Below are positions 59,019 to 64,000 of a stretch of 64,000 bases of DNA, piece after piece (positions within the stretch are counted from its first letter, which is position 1; each line of letters begins with the position of its first letter). The position numbers and the translations under genes are program-made. The stretch is from Escherichia coli. Its GTDB lineage: Bacteria > Pseudomonadota > Gammaproteobacteria > Enterobacterales > Enterobacteriaceae. Location: the NCBI RefSeq assembly GCF_022846255.1, contig NZ_AP025682.1; one strand, 5' to 3'. The notes beneath the pieces were generated by a model. It had not been told where the DNA came from. It made no database searches and saw only the letters and a program-made list of their open reading frames with translations.

Positions 59019-60044
59019 TTACGCCAGTTGTACGGACACGAACTCATCAGGATCAGCCAGCAGCATTAGCGGTGCTGACTGAATCATGGTGAACTCACGC
59101 GCCGGATCGCCGGATGTCTTCCAGTTTTTCGGATAACGAGGAGACGCATTAATACCCTCACTCAATGCATCCGCATCCTGAATACAGCCATAGGTGCGCA
59201 GACCGCGAGCCTGAGTGTTCCCCAGCACCATCGTGTTGTCCGGCAGGAAGTTCTTTTTGACGCCGTTTTCCACGTACTGTCCGGAATACACGACGATGGC
59301 CACATCGCCATACATTCCCTTATAGGACACCGCTTTGCCCAGGTCTTTTACCGCTGTCTCCAGCTCGGAATGAGAGCCGCGACGGGTATCCAGCTTCTCC
59401 CTGACGGCTTTGAAGGAACGGAACAGCGCCCAGCCTTTCGGATCGAACACGATGATATTCACCACACCGCTGGCGTTCAGCGCGTAGGCTTCGATATCGT
59501 CGGTCGGGTCATACGTGGACTTGTCACGCTTGCTCCACTCCGTGCCGCCGGACTGCGTGATGTTATTCGCCGCACTGCGGCCCATATCCACCTCAACCGG
59601 ATCGAAGGCTTCACCGGTCATGGTGTATTTGCCCTTAAGCACGGCAGAAACTGCCTGCATCTCTTCGACCTGGGCAATGGCCAGCTCTTCGTCACGCATG
59701 TTCTGCATGATGATGCGACGGCGACGGTAAGCCGGATCCGCCAGATTCTGCGGATCTTCATCCGGCAGGCGACGCAGGGTCATCTGCGGATTCACTTCAT
59801 GCTTCGGCTTGACATATCCCGGCGTAAATTCAGAGGTGGAGCCGCCACGGGAGCGGATAACCTCACCGGAAACAATCGGCGAAACGTACAGCGCCATGTT
59901 TACCAGTCCCGGAATTTGTGAGAGATAGACTTTCTCCGTGGTGAAGGGATAGCTCTCACGGAAAAAGAGGCGCAGAAACAGCGGATCAAACTTAAATTTC
60001 TGCTCATTTGCCGCCAGCAGCTGGGCGGTTGTGTACATCGACAT
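59019..60044 (-). CDS. E: Major capsid protein E (HK97 fold)
   Basis: Start at the internal MSMYTTAQLLAANEQKF, 341 aa. Confidence 0.92.
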   Translation of the reverse strand: MSMYTTAQLLAANEQKFKFDPLFLRLFFRESYPFTTEKVYLSQIPGLVNMALYVSPIVSGEVIRSRGGSTSEFTPGYVKPKHEVNPQMTLRRLPDEDPQNLADPAYRRRRIIMQNMRDEELAIAQVEEMQAVSAVLKGKYTMTGEAFDPVEVDMGRSAANNITQSGGTEWSKRDKSTYDPTDDIEAYALNASGVVNIIVFDPKGWALFRSFKAVREKLDTRRGSHSELETAVKDLGKAVSYKGMYGDVAIVVYSGQYVENGVKKNFLPDNTMVLGNTQARGLRTYGCIQDADALSEGINASPRYPKNWKTSGDPAREFTMIQSAPLMLLADPDEFVSVQLA

Positions 60045-60099
60045 AAAAAAATCCCGTAAAAAAAGCCGCACAGGCGGCCTTTAGTGATGAAGGGTAAGG

Positions 60100-60432
60100 T
60101 TAAACGATGCTGATTGCCGTTCCGGCAAACGCGGTCCGTTTTTTCGTCTCATCGCTGGCAGCCTCCGGCCAGAGCACATCCTCATAACGGAACGTGCCGG
60201 ACTTGTAGAACGTCAGCGTGGTGCTGGTCTGGTCAGCATCAACCGCCAGAATGCCAACGGCAGCACCGTCGGTGGTGCCATCCCACGCAACCAGCTTACG
60301 GGTGGAGGTGTCCAGCATCAGCGGGGTCATTGCAGGCGCTTTCGCACTCAATCCGCCGGGCGCGGTTGCGGTATGAGCCGGGTCACTGTTGCCCAGCGGC
60401 TGGTAATGGGTAAAGGTTTCTTTGCTCGTCAT
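60100..60432 (-). CDS. D: Head decoration protein D
   Basis: Start [12 protein letters not shown], 110 aa. Confidence 0.9.
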   Translation of the reverse strand: MTSKETFTHYQPLGNSDPAHTATAPGGLSAKAPAMTPLMLDTSTRKLVAWDGTTDGAAVGILAVDADQTSTTLTFYKSGTFRYEDVLWPEAASDETKKRTAFAGTAISIV

Positions 60433-60441
60433 AAACATCCC

Positions 60442-61741
60442 TTACACTGGTGTGTTCAGCAAATCGTTAACGGCATCAGATGCCGGGTTACCTGCAGCCA
60501 GCGGTGCCGGTGCCCCCTGCATCAGACGATCCAGCGCAGTGTCACTGCGCGCCTGTGCACTCTGTGGTGCTGCGGCCAGAATGCGGCGGGCCGTTTCCAC
60601 GGTCATTCCGGGGGTTTCTGCCAGCACGCGTGCCTGTTCTTCGCGTCCGTGAGCCTCCTCACAGTTGAGGATCCCCATAATGCGGCTGTTTTCTGCCGCA
60701 ACCGCTGCGGTGATCTGCGCGTTCACGTCCGGCTGCGCCGCGCTGGCGTTCTCGCCCTCCGTCGCTGGCACCACGCCAGTAACGTCAGCCTGCGAAGCAG
60801 TGGCTGAAACAGTTGTTGATTGAGTCTCTTTGGTCATTCGCCCTCCTGAGAGACGGGATTTACGTGCATCCAGTGCATCACGCATGACGGTGATCGCATC
60901 GGTACTGTTAACAAGTTCATCAGCCAGTCCGGCATCAATGGCCTCCTGACCGCTGTACACTGCAGCCTCGGTATCCAGCACAGCCTGCACGGACAGGCCG
61001 GTATATGCCGACACCTTCTGTGCAAACATCCGGCGGGTTGCATCCATCCGGGACTGCAGTGTTTCCCGGACATCATCCGGTAGATGGCTGTAGGGGTTGC
61101 CATCCACCTTATGGCTGCCGCTGTAAATCAGCGTGATTTCCACGCCCTGTTTCTCCAGCGCAGCACCGTAATTACTGTGAGCCATCATGACGCCGATGGA
61201 GCCTGTCCGGGCGGTCTGCGTGACCAGACGTCGGGAGGCGGCGCTGGCAAGCAACTGACCTGCACTGCAGTTCATGTCGTTGGCCAGCGCCCATACCGGC
61301 TTTATGTCACGCACACGGGCGATGATGTCAGCGCAGTCAAATGCCCCTGCCACCATCCCGCCTGGCGTATCCATATCGAGCAGAATGCCGTCCACCATCG
61401 GGTCGCTGGCAGCCTGTTGCAGACGGGCGATAATGCCGTTGTAACCGGTCATCCCCGAATACGGCTGCAGCGCTCGCGTCCGACTGACCAGCGTGCCGGA
61501 CACCGGCAGCACGGCGATGCCGTTCATGACCTGATAACTGCGGGCCTGTCGTGGTCCGTCATCATCAACGGATAACGCCAGCGCCGCGGGTGCCTCTCCG
61601 GCAGTCAGGCTGTCGCCGGATACCGCATCCGTCATGCGGCTGATCCCAAGCTGGCCTGCAAGCGCACAAAAGAAAACCCGCGCATAGGCGGGTTCAAGCA
61701 TCAGCGGCTCATTAAAGGCCATACTGGCAATATGCGGGAGA

Positions 61742-61761
<20 letters not shown>
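60442..61761 (-). CDS. C: Prohead protease/minor capsid protein C (S49 family), with the Nu3 scaffold nested in frame in its 3' part
   Basis: GTG start (VTAELRNLPHIASMAF), 439 aa; the track ORF extends further upstream into B. Confidence 0.85.

Positions 61762-64000
<2,239 letters not shown>

Overview
This is an Escherichia coli-type chromosomal segment. Its gene order matches the K-12 csg–ghrA–phoH–efe–put–rut–wrbA–agp–cbp–tor neighbourhood read in reverse orientation, with several strain-specific differences and a lambda-like prophage at the right end.

Conserved core, left to right:
- csgDEFG (+).
- ycdZ, ycdY, ycdX, ghrA (-).
- tRNA-Ser(GGA) serX (+).
- phoH (-), with a Pho box and terminator.
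- efeB, efeO, efeU (-); efeU is an intact frame here.
- putP (-) and putA (+), with five GTTGCA PutA operators between them.
- rutR (-) and rutABCDEFG (+), with a sigma54 -24/-12 promoter and a RutR-like box upstream.
- ymdF (-), wrbA and yccJ (+).
- agp (-), interrupted by an in-frame TAG at codon 22, inside the signal peptide.
- cbpA and cbpM (+), followed by REP elements.
- torD, torA, torC (-), four tor boxes, torR (+), torT (-).

Differences from the K-12 layout:
- No ycdU/ymdE/ycdT/pgaABCD between serX and phoH. A 228-aa DUF2726-like membrane-anchored protein sits there instead.
- No yccE.
- No torS next to torT.
- After torT comes an accessory block of an MFS transporter, a Cys-nucleophile alpha/beta hydrolase and a divergent LysR regulator.

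The most interesting element is an AT-rich insertion of about 2.7 kb at roughly 40.1–42.8 kb. It lies exactly between that accessory block and the tail-fibre end of a lambda-like prophage, which is the position of the lambda b-region, where morons sit. It carries a single 592-aa gene (40218..41996, +) that fuses an N-terminal P-loop nucleotide-kinase-like domain to a C-terminal zinc-dependent dCMP/cytidine-deaminase domain. This architecture matches the AvcD/DCD family of anti-phage nucleotide-depletion deaminases. Long AT-rich non-coding flanks could encode a cognate regulatory or antitoxin RNA, and one of them ends in a clear rho-independent terminator.

The prophage runs from 42.8 kb to beyond the window end and is a near-lambda morphogenetic module. 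On the minus strand it contains A (partial), W, B, C/Nu3, D, E, FI, FII, Z, U, V, G, the G-T frameshift, H, M, L, K, I, J, lom and stf. Its distal fibre region is unusual: Stf has 195-bp in-frame tandem repeats and a LamG/ConA-like tip, and a stand-alone protein with a peptidase-S74 chaperone domain occupies the tfa position. Two small moron-like genes sit alongside.
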